A stretch of DNA of 64,000 nucleotides from Felis catus (lineage: Eukaryota): positions 187,922,001 to 187,986,000 of the forward strand of contig NC_058368.1 in NCBI RefSeq assembly GCF_018350175.1, in the 5' to 3' direction. Made by a program: the position numbers and the translations under genes. Positions 24,651-35,370 of the stretch are shown here, in pieces (the first letter of the stretch is position 1; each line of letters begins with the position of its first letter). The notes beneath the pieces were generated by a model. It did not search any database. It was not told the origin of the DNA and saw nothing but the letters and a program-made list of their open reading frames with translations.

Positions 24651-26815
24651 TTCATCAGATTCTTAAAGGAGCTGCTGATGCAGGAAAAGGGGAAGCTGCT
24701 GGAATGGGGATATATAAGGTCACACATAGACACTAAAAATAGTGCCTACTCTGAGCCAAGCTCTTTTGTTTTGTCTTATCCCCAACTTGTGGGGTACGTG
24801 CTAACCATATTCTCAATTTACACACAAGACGGTTGGCCTCAGGGAGGCCAAGGTACCTGGTTCAGGTAGTAGAGCTGAGCCTTGAACACAGCTCTGTGTG
24901 CCCCCAGCCACCCACTGTTCCCGCCCCACCTCCCATCACAGGATGCACAATCCCTAAGACATCTGGCCTTCTCTCCTGCACCCATTCTGGCTCTGTCACC
25001 CTGGAATGTTCTGTAACTTTTATTGAATTTCATTTTTCCTTTCAAACTTGGGCTGTTCTCCTCTTTGAGTAACATGTCTCTTCCTGCTGTAGCATACAAA
25101 ATTCTTTTGCTCCATTATAAACTGTCTTTCTTCTTCAAGGTGGACCCTGAGTCCTAAAACACTGGACTCTGATGAATAACACTGAATTTGTTTTCTTTGT
25201 TCATGAATTCAGGTTTTCTAAATGTCATACATCGAGGTATTGAATAGTTAATACCTCTGCTAAGAGTAGCTACAGTTCATTGGATGTTTCCAAGTGACTG
25301 ACATAGTGTTGATTTATACTCATGATCTCATTCGATCTGCCTAATGTCCCTCTGAGGTAAGTACTATTATTATCCTTATTTTAGAGTTAAGGAAACTGAG
25401 GTTTACACCTGTGACGTGAGCTGCCCAAGGTCACATAGCTACTAAATGGCAGAGGTGGGCTTTGAACGTAGATCTGGAGGATTAACTCTTACCCCATCTT
25501 GCCAAGCCACTTGCCTCTTTACTTCGGTTGGCAGATGCATTCCCGTGCATGTCTCAGTGGTGACAATGACCTAGTAATGTTTGGGTGGCCGGAGAGGATT
25601 AAGCAGGACTGCTTTGCTGCCAGTTGGGAGGTCCAAGTAAAGAGGACCTGTTTTCTTCCATAAGGGCTCTGGAACTCCGGACCTTCTCTGGGCCTGACCA
25701 CAGTGAGGTGACCTGAAGAGGTAGCATAAAGCAGACTCTGGCTGGGGTCAGATCTGGAGCCCAGCACCCTATGAGGATGTAAGCCACTGCTTGGTCAGCC
25801 TTTCTTCTGGAAGAAGGTCCCCGTGTCACCTGGGTGGCCTCCAAACACCGGTGATGTGTGAGGTCATCAGAACCAAGCAGCTCAGGAAATGCCTTTGGTG
25901 CTTGTGGCTTTAGGTATCTGTGGTCCAAATGATAACTTGCACCTGCCCAGTGAGTCACAGTTTGGGGTTTACACCACAGTTATCTCACTGAATCCTTTGT
26001 GCTTCCTGGTAGGCTGTGATGAGCACGGCCATTTGGTAGATGGGAAAACAGACCAAAAGAGGCAGCGTGAATTGCTCAAGGTCACACAGAGCCAAGAACC
26101 GAACCCAGGTCCTATTGACTTTGAGTCCCACTCGCTTGCACTAGACCAGTGATTCCCAAGCCTCATTCTGTGGAGCCTTGGAGTGCTTGGTGCAGGCCAG
26201 AGGGAGGGACTCAGGAGGAGGGCACTCAAGGGTTCTGCTGTCCCTTTCCTTCTTCACTCTGGGCCTCAGTTATGTCAGGATTCTGTGTAAAGCCTGTTTG
26301 GAAGATCTGTGCTGCTAACAAAATGTTTTCAGAGGACTGCTCCAAACTGTTTCTTCTTCCCTGGAAATTGGGTCCAGGCTCTTCTTTTTCTAGGACTCTG
26401 TTATCGGTATTGAGACAAGAAAAAATCTGCTGTCTGTTAGAGGACGTACTCAACCCCAACATGGCAACACAAGGGAGTATAAAAGGTATGGACACAGAGG
26501 CAGCAGATTGGGGTCCTGGTCCTAGTTTAGTGTCACATAGTCAAGTTATTTACCTCAGTATCCCTATCTGTAAAGATGAGGGATTAGCCTACAGAATTCT
26601 AAACTCCAATTTTGCTCAAATAACCTGTGGATCTAGGGCATCATGCTTGCTTCATGGGATCTTAAACAGGGATGAGTCACTTGAAACTGTGTAAAAATAT
26701 TATATATCTATATTTATAGATAATTTTTTTATGGAAGGAGAATGTACAGCTTTCTCCTTGAGACTGTACAGAGTCTCAAAGGGGTCTCTGACACAGAATA
26801 CCTAGCCTCTCAGGA

Positions 26816-26816
26816 T

Positions 26817-26848
<32 letters not shown>

Positions 26849-26871
26849 TTCTTTCTTTCTTTCTTTCTTTC
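26816..26871. repeat. (TTTC)n microsatellite
   Basis: Directly visible. Confidence 0.9.
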
Positions 26872-28094
26872 ATGTCAGAATTAGTGGGAGATATTTCTCC
26901 TTTTGCGGGGGTTGAAGTTGTAACAATGGTGTGAGAAAGCTATTTTCAGAAACAGGGAGAGATAAGCAGAGCTAAAAGTTGAAAGCTAAATAAAAGCATC
27001 AGAACCTGTGAACAAGTTGACAATCTTGTTTAAACTCCTGGATGCAGCCATGCCTGATACCCCTATACTTTTCAGTTACATGAACTATCGCTTGCTCCTT
27101 TTTCACTAAGCCTTTTCTATTTCAATTGCCTATAGAAGAAATGATTGATGTGCTAACATTGTTGGAGAAGGCTCCTGCCATTTGAAAAAATATGAAGTTC
27201 GGCATAGAGAAAGCAAAGTGGGAAAAGAAAGGACTGAGGCAGGTGCGTTCCTGTCATGCTTTTTTGTTGAATTTCAGGGAAGAAAAATGCTCTCTGTTTT
27301 GTTCCCCATCCTTTATTTATTGTTGTTGTTGTTAGCAAACTGGAGGCTTTCAGAGGCAGGAAAGATGTTAAAAATCAATCCCATCATTACAGAGATGGGA
27401 AACCAAGATCCAGAAAGGCAATGTGACTTTGTCCAGGTCATACAGTAAATCAGTAGAATGGCTAGAACGGAGGTTACCGGCTCCCAGGCTCCCACCTCTC
27501 TGTGTGACTTTCCTCAGTGCTTCTTTCTCAGGCAGGCTCCCCAGCAGAGCTTATGAGGGTTCTTGTGCTCATGTGTGTTGCTTGGTCACATAGATCCATA
27601 TCTTATCCAGAAAATTCTTCAGTCTGGGTTTCTTTACCGGTTCCATGGACACAGGTAAACAATGGAGTGTTTGGCCTAAAAGGGATGTGGGGAGGAGGTG
27701 AAAGGAACCAGCCCTTTTCTCTGCCTGGGGTCCCATTCCCTCTCAAGTGACAGGCCCACCAACTGTCCTGGCCACAGAGTCCCGGCTAGGATTGGGGTCC
27801 CTGGGACCAGGCTAGAGCTTGCCCAGTGTTGCCCACAGCAGGAGGATTAGATACCGCTAAGGGTCAAAAACAGGCAAGCAGGATTTATGGGACAAATCCG
27901 CGGGCTCACTTTCGGCCACAGGGTCAGATCTGTTTAGCCCTGGAGGGCGGTAATGGCAAAGGCCGCAGCCGGGCCGAGGGGCTCCAGAACAACTATTGTC
28001 CACAGGACCGGTGGGACTGACGGGGACAAACCTGAAGGGGAAGGAAGAGGAGACTCCAGATCCTGCCTACCGCCCGGATCACAAACTACTCAAA

Positions 28095-28607
28095 GGCGCA
28101 CAGGAGAAATGACCTTTAATGTCCGATTTGTTTGCAACCCCGCCCAAGTGCCATCATTCTGTGAAGTACAAGGAGGGGCTTGAGAGGTACGAAGTCACGG
28201 AGACAAACGACGCCCCCGCTGCCTCCCGGGAGCACACTCGCTCTGCCCCCGCAGACGGGCGGCCCCACGCACGCACACATGCAGACCACACGGACACCGC
28301 ACAGACACACGCACGTGTACCCACGATTAAATACATGTACAGAGGGACTCGTTTGGATATATACAGAGAGAGAGACGGAAATCCCGGCCGGCGTCGGGTC
28401 CCCCAGGCTCTCAGCATGCTCGGCCCAGCTCTCCGCGCTGTACCTGGCACCCATGCCCCTGCCAGAAAAGCAGCTGCCCCTCTCCCCGCCCCCCTCCCCC
28501 CGGTTCCCCCGGGGCCCGCGCCTCCGGGCGCCGACGCCCCTCCCCCCCCTCCGCCCGCCCTCCCCCCACGATGGTTTCCTCCCCACCAACCCCCCCCCCC
28601 GGGGGCT
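28095..28607 (-). other. ADRA1B: ADRA1B 3' UTR (3' end approximate)
   Basis: Follows the TAG stop; G-rich then GU-rich, ending shortly after an ATTAAA hexamer. Confidence 0.6.
28115..28120 (-). promoter_or_regulatory. Candidate polyadenylation signal ATTAAA
   Basis: Plus-strand tttaat at 28115-28120 is the first canonical-type hexamer I found downstream of the stop, followed by U/GU-rich sequence on the minus strand. Confidence 0.55.
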
Positions 28608-29215
28608 CTAGAACTGCCCGGGCGCCAGGGGCATGTTGGTTTTGAAGCCCGGCTGCCCGTTAGCCACGTCGGTCGCCGCCTCGCAGCCGCCGTTGCTGGC
28701 GCCGCCGTCGGTCCCGGGGCTCTCGGGCTCCGACAGGAGCTTGAAGGTGAAGAGCGGGCCCGAATCGTGGCGGCCGCGGCGGCCGGGGGGCTCGGGCGCC
28801 GGCAGGCTCAGGAGCGCGCCGGGCGCCTTCCACTCGGGGAAGGCGCACAGCTCGACGGGCGGCGGCGCGCCGCGGCCCAGNNNNNNNNNNNNNNNNNNNN
28901 NNNNNNNNNNNNNNNNNNNNNNNNNNNNNNNNNNNNNNNNNNNNNNNNNNNNNNNNNNNNNNNNNNNNNNNNNNNNNNNNNNNNNNNNNNNNNNNNNNNN
29001 NNNNNNNNNNNNNNNNNNNNNNNNNNNNNNNNNNNNNNNNNNNNNNNNNNNNNNNNNNNNNNNNNNNNNNNNNNNNNNNNNNNNNNNNNNNNNNNNNNNN
29101 NNCTCCTTGCTGGAGCACGGGTAGATGATGGGGTTGAGGCAGCTGTTGAAGTAGCCCAGCCAGAACACCACCTTGAACACGGCGTCGGGGGGCTTCAGGG
29201 TGGAGAACAGGGAGC
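28608..29215 (-). CDS. ADRA1B: Alpha-1B adrenergic receptor, final coding exon (ECL3, TM7 and C-terminal tail); 28881-29102 is an N gap
   Basis: Translates as (G)[37 protein letters not shown]...[90 protein letters not shown]. This contains the class A GPCR NPxxY motif and matches the mammalian ADRA1B C-terminus. Phase-1 acceptor ...cttcccctgcag|GC at 29216/29215; TAG at 28608-28610. Confidence 0.97.
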
Positions 29216-29280
29216 CTGCAGGGGAAGGGGTGGGGTGGGCACGGGCAGAAAGACAGACAGCAGTTTGTGAGTAGTCAGGT
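29216..29280 (-). promoter_or_regulatory. 3' splice acceptor, pyrimidine tract and candidate branch point of the ADRA1B intron
   Basis: Minus strand reads ctgactactcac...ctgtctttctgcccgtgcccaccccaccccttcccctgcAG directly before the exon. CTGAC/CTCAC branch-like motifs lie about 50-60 nt upstream. Confidence 0.85.
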
Positions 29281-29664
29281 CCTCTCCTCCGAGGGCTCCG
29301 CCTAAACGCCGCGCCCGGGAAGCGCTCCCGCAGCCAGGGCTTTGCCCAGGCCACCTTTCGCTGCCTGGAGCGCTCGCCTCTCCCTTCTCCAAGTGAGCGA
29401 ATCCGACATTCTTTTTGGGGGGCTGGTTGAGCTAACCAGCACCGAAACTCCCTAAAATCTTTCCTGGTTTAGCTGACCAGCACCCAACCTTCCATTTCTC
29501 TAGATATCCCAGGGCAGCGCTTACCACTTTGTATTCCAGTGATAATAATCACCACACGCAACTGCACAGCTCTTGGGGTATTGTGCTCGGCGCTTTAACT
29601 ATATTGTTTTGCCCTACAGGAGGCATTGAAGCTGACGCCGATTGATTTCCATGGCAAATACGAG

Positions 29665-30560
29665 AGGTGTTAAAGACCTAAATGTGAAAGGTAAAACTTC
29701 AAAAGACAAAGTAAAGGAACGATCTTTTTGATCTAGGGCTGAAAGGAAAATGACTTAACACTTCAGAAAGATGAACTGCAAGGCAAGGGTGGGAGAAGGT
29801 ATTTATAATGTCTAAGACAGTCAAGCCATCTCGGTATTTAGAATATATAAGGAACTCCTGCAAACCAACAGGAAAAAGAGCATTCCCAGTAGAAATGTGG
29901 GCTAAGCAAGTGAACAGGCAATTTACAAAGTGGGGAAACCTGAGGGCTAACGTATGCCAGGGTACTCAAAATGTTAGGGAGTAGGATGAATAGTAATGAA
30001 AACCACAAAGAGATATAAGGTATCTGTTAGGGTGGCAAAAATCAGGGAACTAGAGAGTGCCAAGTGTGGGCAGGGGTGTGGGGACATGGGGAGCCTTCTG
30101 CCTGGCTGGTGGGGAGCACAGGCTGTGAAGCTATACTGGAGAAGATTCTGGCACCCCTTGGTCTCATCAAGTATATACACATACCTCTTAACCTGGCGGT
30201 TCTGCTGTAAGGTGTAGATCTCAAAGACTTTTCACACAGGTCCACAAGGGGACACCTATAAGAATGCTGAGAGCAGTGTTGCTTATGGTGATAGACAGCT
30301 GGAGAGAACATAGGTGTTCCTCACTGAGAATTATGGAAAGGTAGCCTGGGGTAGAAGCCCAGCACAGAGATTATGCAGCAGGTAGATAAGGCCCTAAAAA
30401 TGGCATGTCCATATAGCAATGTGCAAAGGCTTAAAAACATCGCTCTTTAGGAACAAAGTAGGAAACAGAATTGAGATTTACAGCATAATACTATTTAAGT
30501 AACACACCAAACCACCACACGCATTTTGCAAAAACACTTTCAAAAAATGTCAAACACAAA
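29665..30560 (+). mobile_element. Ancient L1M/L1ME remnant
   Basis: Degenerate ORF2-end motifs (taaagacctaaatgtgaaagg, gaatatataaggaactcctgcaaa, tgaacaggcaatttaca). Confidence 0.6.
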
Positions 30561-31585
30561 ATGGTTGCCTAAGGGGGTAGGCAGAGGGAAATGGGAATAA
30601 AAGGAAATAAATCAATGAAATAAGAGAGAGGCCTTACAATGAGGTGCTATGATGGAGAAACATGATTAACTCATCCCTCGAATTTGAGGTCCAAAAACAT
30701 TTTATGGCATATTAAGTTAAAAACAATTTCCATTTTAAATGCAAGGCAGCTAAGACTTGGAGAGGGTAAATGACTTGCCCCAGGTTACACAGCATGTTTG
30801 TAGTATAGTTGGGATTCAAACTAAGTCTGTTTGAGTACAAAATATGTTTTTTTAAAGGTGATTAATAATACCCTTGGTGGAAAAATGAGAAAATACAAAA
30901 AGAAAAAAGAAAAAAAGAAAGAATATTGTAAAAGCACACATAACCCTGCAATGCAGAGAAATTACATTTGGTGCACATACCTTCAGATTTTTTTCTCTGT
31001 TGTATATGTATCTTTAAATGTTTTGATATATGCAATTATACTTTACAGGACATTTTGTTATTTCAAACTATGTTCCCTAACCCTGCCACTAAGTTGGTGG
31101 TGCAGTGACTTTCATATTCCTGTCCTATCTCCTCTGTTTAAACTGTGAGCTTCCCAAGGGCCTGGTCTTCTGGATCAACTTTGATTCCATTTGGCGAATG
31201 AAGAGCACACACTCCTAGAATATCTGAATGGGGGTGGGGGGTGTCTTAGCAATCACAAATCCAAGCTCCTCTTTTGCAGATGGAAACACTGAGTCCCAGA
31301 GAGTGGCCGAAAGTGCCAAGGGGCAGTGGCATAGAAGCCACAGGATAGAAATCCTTTGATTTTGGGCTACACTTGAGCTTCCCCCTTGTAGCACTTCTCC
31401 TTTTTGATTCTTTGAGGTTTGCCTATTGTTATAGGGAGCCTCCTAGTTTTCTGCTTAGCAAACCAAGGACGGTAGTGGTGGTGGGCAAGGGTGGGGAGAT
31501 GGCTGGGCTCCTGGTGCAGGGCTAAGCCAGGCAAAGGTTTACATTTAGAAAGAGGGTTATCTGTATCCAGGTGTAAGTGCTCTAT

Positions 31586-31997
31586 TTTGTAAAGTTTATT
31601 TGTTTATTTTGAGAGAGACAGAGATAGCACGAGAGGCAGAGAGGGAGAGAGAATCCCAAGGAGGCTCCCCACTGTCAGTGCAGAGCCCGATGCGGGGCTT
31701 GAACTCCCAAAACCATGAGATTATGACCTGAGCAGAAATCAAGAGTCAGATGCTTAACTTGCTGAGCTACCCAGGTGCCCCTAAAAAGTTTATTTCTTTA
31801 TTTTTAGAGAGAGAGAGAGACAAAGAGAGAGTGGGGGGGGGGGGGGGAGAGGGAGAGAGAGAGAGAGAGAGAGAGGCAATCCCAGTCTCTGCACTGTCAG
31901 CACAGAGGCTGACTTGGCCCTCAATCCATGAGATCGTTATCTGAGCCCCGAAATCAAGAGTCCGGATGCTCTACCAACTAATCTACCCAGCTGTCCT
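31586..31997 (-). mobile_element. Two tandem/nested Can-SINEs
   Basis: Bodies at about 31586-31781 and 31783-31997; outer TSD tgtaagtgct. Confidence 0.88.
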
Positions 31998-32043
31998 TGA
32001 TGTAAGTGCTAATTATATGTACAAGGTACACTGATTCTTCTTC

Positions 32044-32155
32044 TTTTTTTAAAAGTTTATTTATTGATGTAATCTCCATGCCCAACGTGGGCTCAAACTC
32101 ATGACCCTGAGATCAAGAGCCGCGTGCTCTACTGACTGAGCCAGCCAGGCACCCC
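32044..32155 (-). mobile_element. Short tRNA-derived carnivore SINE
   Basis: TSD tacactgattctt; head ctgagccagccaggcacccc. Confidence 0.85.
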
Positions 32156-32582
32156 ACTACACTGATTCTTTTCTCAACTCAGGGGGAAATGTGGGAGTGG
32201 GCTACATTCTGCGTTCGCTTCAGATGAGGCAGAAGAGGGCGCCACCTCGTGATCTGATATGTGACAAGGCCAGCACCATTAGATTTACACCCCACCATCC
32301 CACATACTCCTTTGGACTAAGACACTGTATGGAAGACCCCAGCTGAAATCCAAATACATGGCATGTGAACAGCTAGTATCCATCATGGAATGAGTTGTCT
32401 TTGTCCCCGGGGAAGGCCTTGTTTCTGTCACTGAGTCTGAAGGGGATAGGCACTGGTCTTGACAATGTGGGAAACTGGAGAATAGATTTTGGAGAGAGGG
32501 AAACCTAGAAAAGCTTGGAAGCCTTGCGCGTTACCCTAGAGGATAAATGCTGATGAGCGTGTGTACGTGTAGGCATGTGGTC

Positions 32583-33364
32583 TTTTTTTTTTTTAATATG
32601 AAATTTATTCTCACATTGGTTTCCATACAACACCCAGTGCTCATCCCAACAGGTACCCTCCTCAATACCCATCACCCACCCTCCCCTCCCTCCCACCCCC
32701 CATCAACCCTCAGTTTGTTCTCAGTTTTTAAGAGTCTCTTATGTTTTGGCTCCCTCCCTCTCTAACCTTTTTTTTTTTTTTTCTTCCCCTCCCTGACATG
32801 GTCTTCTGTTAAGTTTCTCAGGATCCACATAGGAGTGAAAACACATGGTATCCGTTTTTTCCCTGTATGACTTATTTCACTTAGCATCACACTCTCCAGT
32901 TCCATCCACGTTGCTACAAAAGGCCATATTTCATTCTTTCTCATTGCCACGTAGTACTCCATTGTGTATATAAACCACAATTTCTTTATCTATTCATCAG
33001 TTGATGGACATTTAGGCTCTTTCCATAATTTGGCTATTGTTGAAAGTGCTGCTATAAACATTGGGGTACAAGTGCATCAGCACTTCTGTATCCCTTGGGT
33101 AAATTCCTAGCAGTGCTATTGCTGGGTCATAGGGTAGGTGTATTTTTAATCTTTTGAGGAACCTCCACACTGTTTTCCAGAGCAGCTGCAGCAGTTTGCA
33201 TTCCCACCAACAGTGCAAGAGGGTTCCTGTTTCTCCACATCCTCGCCAGCATCTATAATCTCCTGATTTGTTCATTTTAGCCACTCTGACTGGCATGAGG
33301 TGATATCTGAGTGTGGTTTTGATTTGTATTTCCCTGATGAGAAGTGACATTGAGCATCTTTTCA
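32583..33364 (-). mobile_element. 5'-truncated carnivore LINE-1 3' end, frameshifted
   Basis: Highly similar to the 9004-10461 copy but with an 8-bp deletion near 33070. TSD tgtaggcatgtggtc (32568-32582) / tgtaggcacgcggtc (33365-33379). Confidence 0.94.
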
Positions 33365-34770
33365 TGTAGGCACGCGGTCTTAATGAGGACACTTAGGGCC
33401 TGGGATAGAGGCTGCGGACGCATAGACAGTCATGGCAAAGGTAAGGAGGATGAAGAGCTGGAGAGAACGCGTGCTGAAAACATACTCATAGCTTTGCTTG
33501 TGAGCCCCATTGAAGATGATAGTAAAATAGGCAATAAATGGCTTAATGGGGACACATCCTTAGGGACTGGCTGTTTTAAAGGATACACGGAACAACAGTA
33601 AGGCTAATGGCTAATATTCCTCAGACCCACTGTTTGCATTGTGTGTGTGCTCTGTATAGGCCTTGTGCTAAACTCTTTATACCATTAGCCCGTTTAATTA
33701 TCACAATAATCCCTTGATGAAGGTACTATTGTTGGTCCTATTGTATACATCAGGACATCAACATATGATAGTGCCTGCTATTTACATGTGTATACACCTG
33801 TTCATTTGTTTGCTCATTCACTCATTCCACAAATACTGAGCTCCTGCTGATGTTGGCATGAGGCCAAGGTGAGGGGGATACAGAGATGAATTGGGGTGTG
33901 GTCTCTGCCCCATGGCAGCCCACAGGCATGTGGGGAGAGAGATGTGTTAACGGGTCATTGCAACACAACACACATGGCATTGTGATAGAGGCATAAATGT
34001 CACTCTGTCCCCCTACACCCAAGTGGCATTTCTGTCTGGTGCTTCTTCACATCCATCGTATTGGAAGCCTTGTATCAAGGACAATGATGGGCTGGATCTC
34101 TGCCTTTATTTTCTTACAAAGTACTCTTCAAGGACTATGGCTCTGAGAAGTGTTCAGCCAAAAGTAAGGGGATGCTGCTGACTTTTTTCACTGCACTTAT
34201 TTACAGCCACATTGTGAGTTTGGACTCCCTGAACCCCTTGTTCCTCTGAGAAGAAGATCATTCTTTGCCTTCCATTCTTTGGCTGCCTTTCACCACCCTT
34301 CTGCTGATTTAGGCAGTGTGATTCTGTGGCTTGAGCACAGGGCTTGGGATCACACAGACCTGGTTTTGAACCCCTTTTTTTGTGTGTACTGGCTGTTTGA
34401 CATTAGAAAAGTTAATTGGCCCTCTTAGACTCAATATTCTCATCCATAAATTGGGGACAGTATCTGTTCCATATTCTGAATACATGAAAATATCCCTGTA
34501 AAATACTAGACATAGGGTCTGGCACCTTGAAAATAATACATAGTGGTCATTTTCCAAAAATACTTTATATCCTGGCACAGGCATGAGCCTCCTCCAAGAA
34601 CTCTTCCCTGATGAACCTCACCCAACTCAGATTGACTTCTTTATTCTGTACCCCACAGAAGGTATACAATCACATCTTATTCTGTTATGGTTTGCCTGCT
34701 AATGTTGTTAAGCCATTCCAGGGCTGACTGAGTCCTCGGCCACACCCAGACTTTAAATTCCTTCTGCCAA

Positions 34771-34964
34771 GGGGCACCTGAGTGGCTCAATAGGTTAAGC
34801 ATCTGACTCTTGATTTCAGCTCAGGTCATGATCTCAGGGTTTGTAAGATCGAGCTCCGCACTGGGCTCCAGGCTGATAGCACCAAGCCTGCTTGGATTCT
34901 CTCTCTCCTTCTATCTCTGCCCCTCCCTCCCCCGCCCTCTCAAAATAAATAAATAATCTTAAAA
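34771..34964 (+). mobile_element. Can-SINE
   Basis: TSD aaattccttctg. Confidence 0.92.
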
Positions 34965-35213
34965 GAAATTCCTTCTGGGCAAGAACCACCTCTTCATTTC
35001 TTTTCTTTTCCTCTCCAGATTTGNNNNNNNNNNNNNNNNNNNNNNNNNNNNNNNNNNNNNNNNNNNNNNNNNNNNNNNNNNNNNNNNNNNNNNNNNNNNN
35101 NNNNNNNNNNNNNNNNNNNNNNNNNNNNNNNNNNNNNNNNNNNNNNNNNNNNNNNNNNNNNNNNNNNNNNNNNNNNNNNNNNNNNNNNNNNNNNNNNNNN
35201 NNNNNNNNNNNNN

Positions 35214-35370
35214 TGTAAGCTCATCCATTGTAACGCATGTACCCTTCTGGTAGGGGATGTTGATAATTGCAGAGCCTGTGCATGTGGGGGGGCAGGAGGT
35301 GTATGGGAAATCTCAATACCTTGTTGTCAATTTGGGTGTGAACCTAAAACTGCTCTAAAAATAGTCTATT
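35214..35370 (+). mobile_element. L1MC-type 3' end
   Basis: ggggatgttgataat...tatgggaaatctc...tgtgaacctaaaactgctctaaaaat. Confidence 0.7.

Larger units (their letters stand above)
27890..29410. promoter_or_regulatory. CpG island over the ADRA1B last exon and 3' UTR
   Basis: Very GC-rich with dense CpG (gcggccgcggcggccg, cgccgcgcccggg), in contrast to CpG-depleted flanks. Confidence 0.85.

Noticed and set aside
24195-24664. Repeat-spacer-repeat pattern resembling a CRISPR array
   Set aside because: Eukaryotic DNA; the spacers are SINEs and the repeats are target-site duplications.
26149-26694. 181-aa ORF and similar 100-170 aa ORFs (18247, 39186, 50806, 52923)
   Set aside because: No recognisable homology or splice structure; several overlap L2/MIR remnants, and such lengths are plausible by chance when alternative starts are allowed.
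28119-29270. 383-aa plus-strand ORF and other overlapping ORFs
   Set aside because: Antisense or alternative-frame shadows of a GC-rich exon and CpG island, inflated by the N gap; low-complexity Pro/Ala/Gly content.
29216-29354. N-terminal part (MAWAKPWL...PTPSPA) of the 248-aa ORF
   Set aside because: It lies upstream of the splice acceptor, starts at a GTG and has no receptor similarity; it is open intronic sequence.
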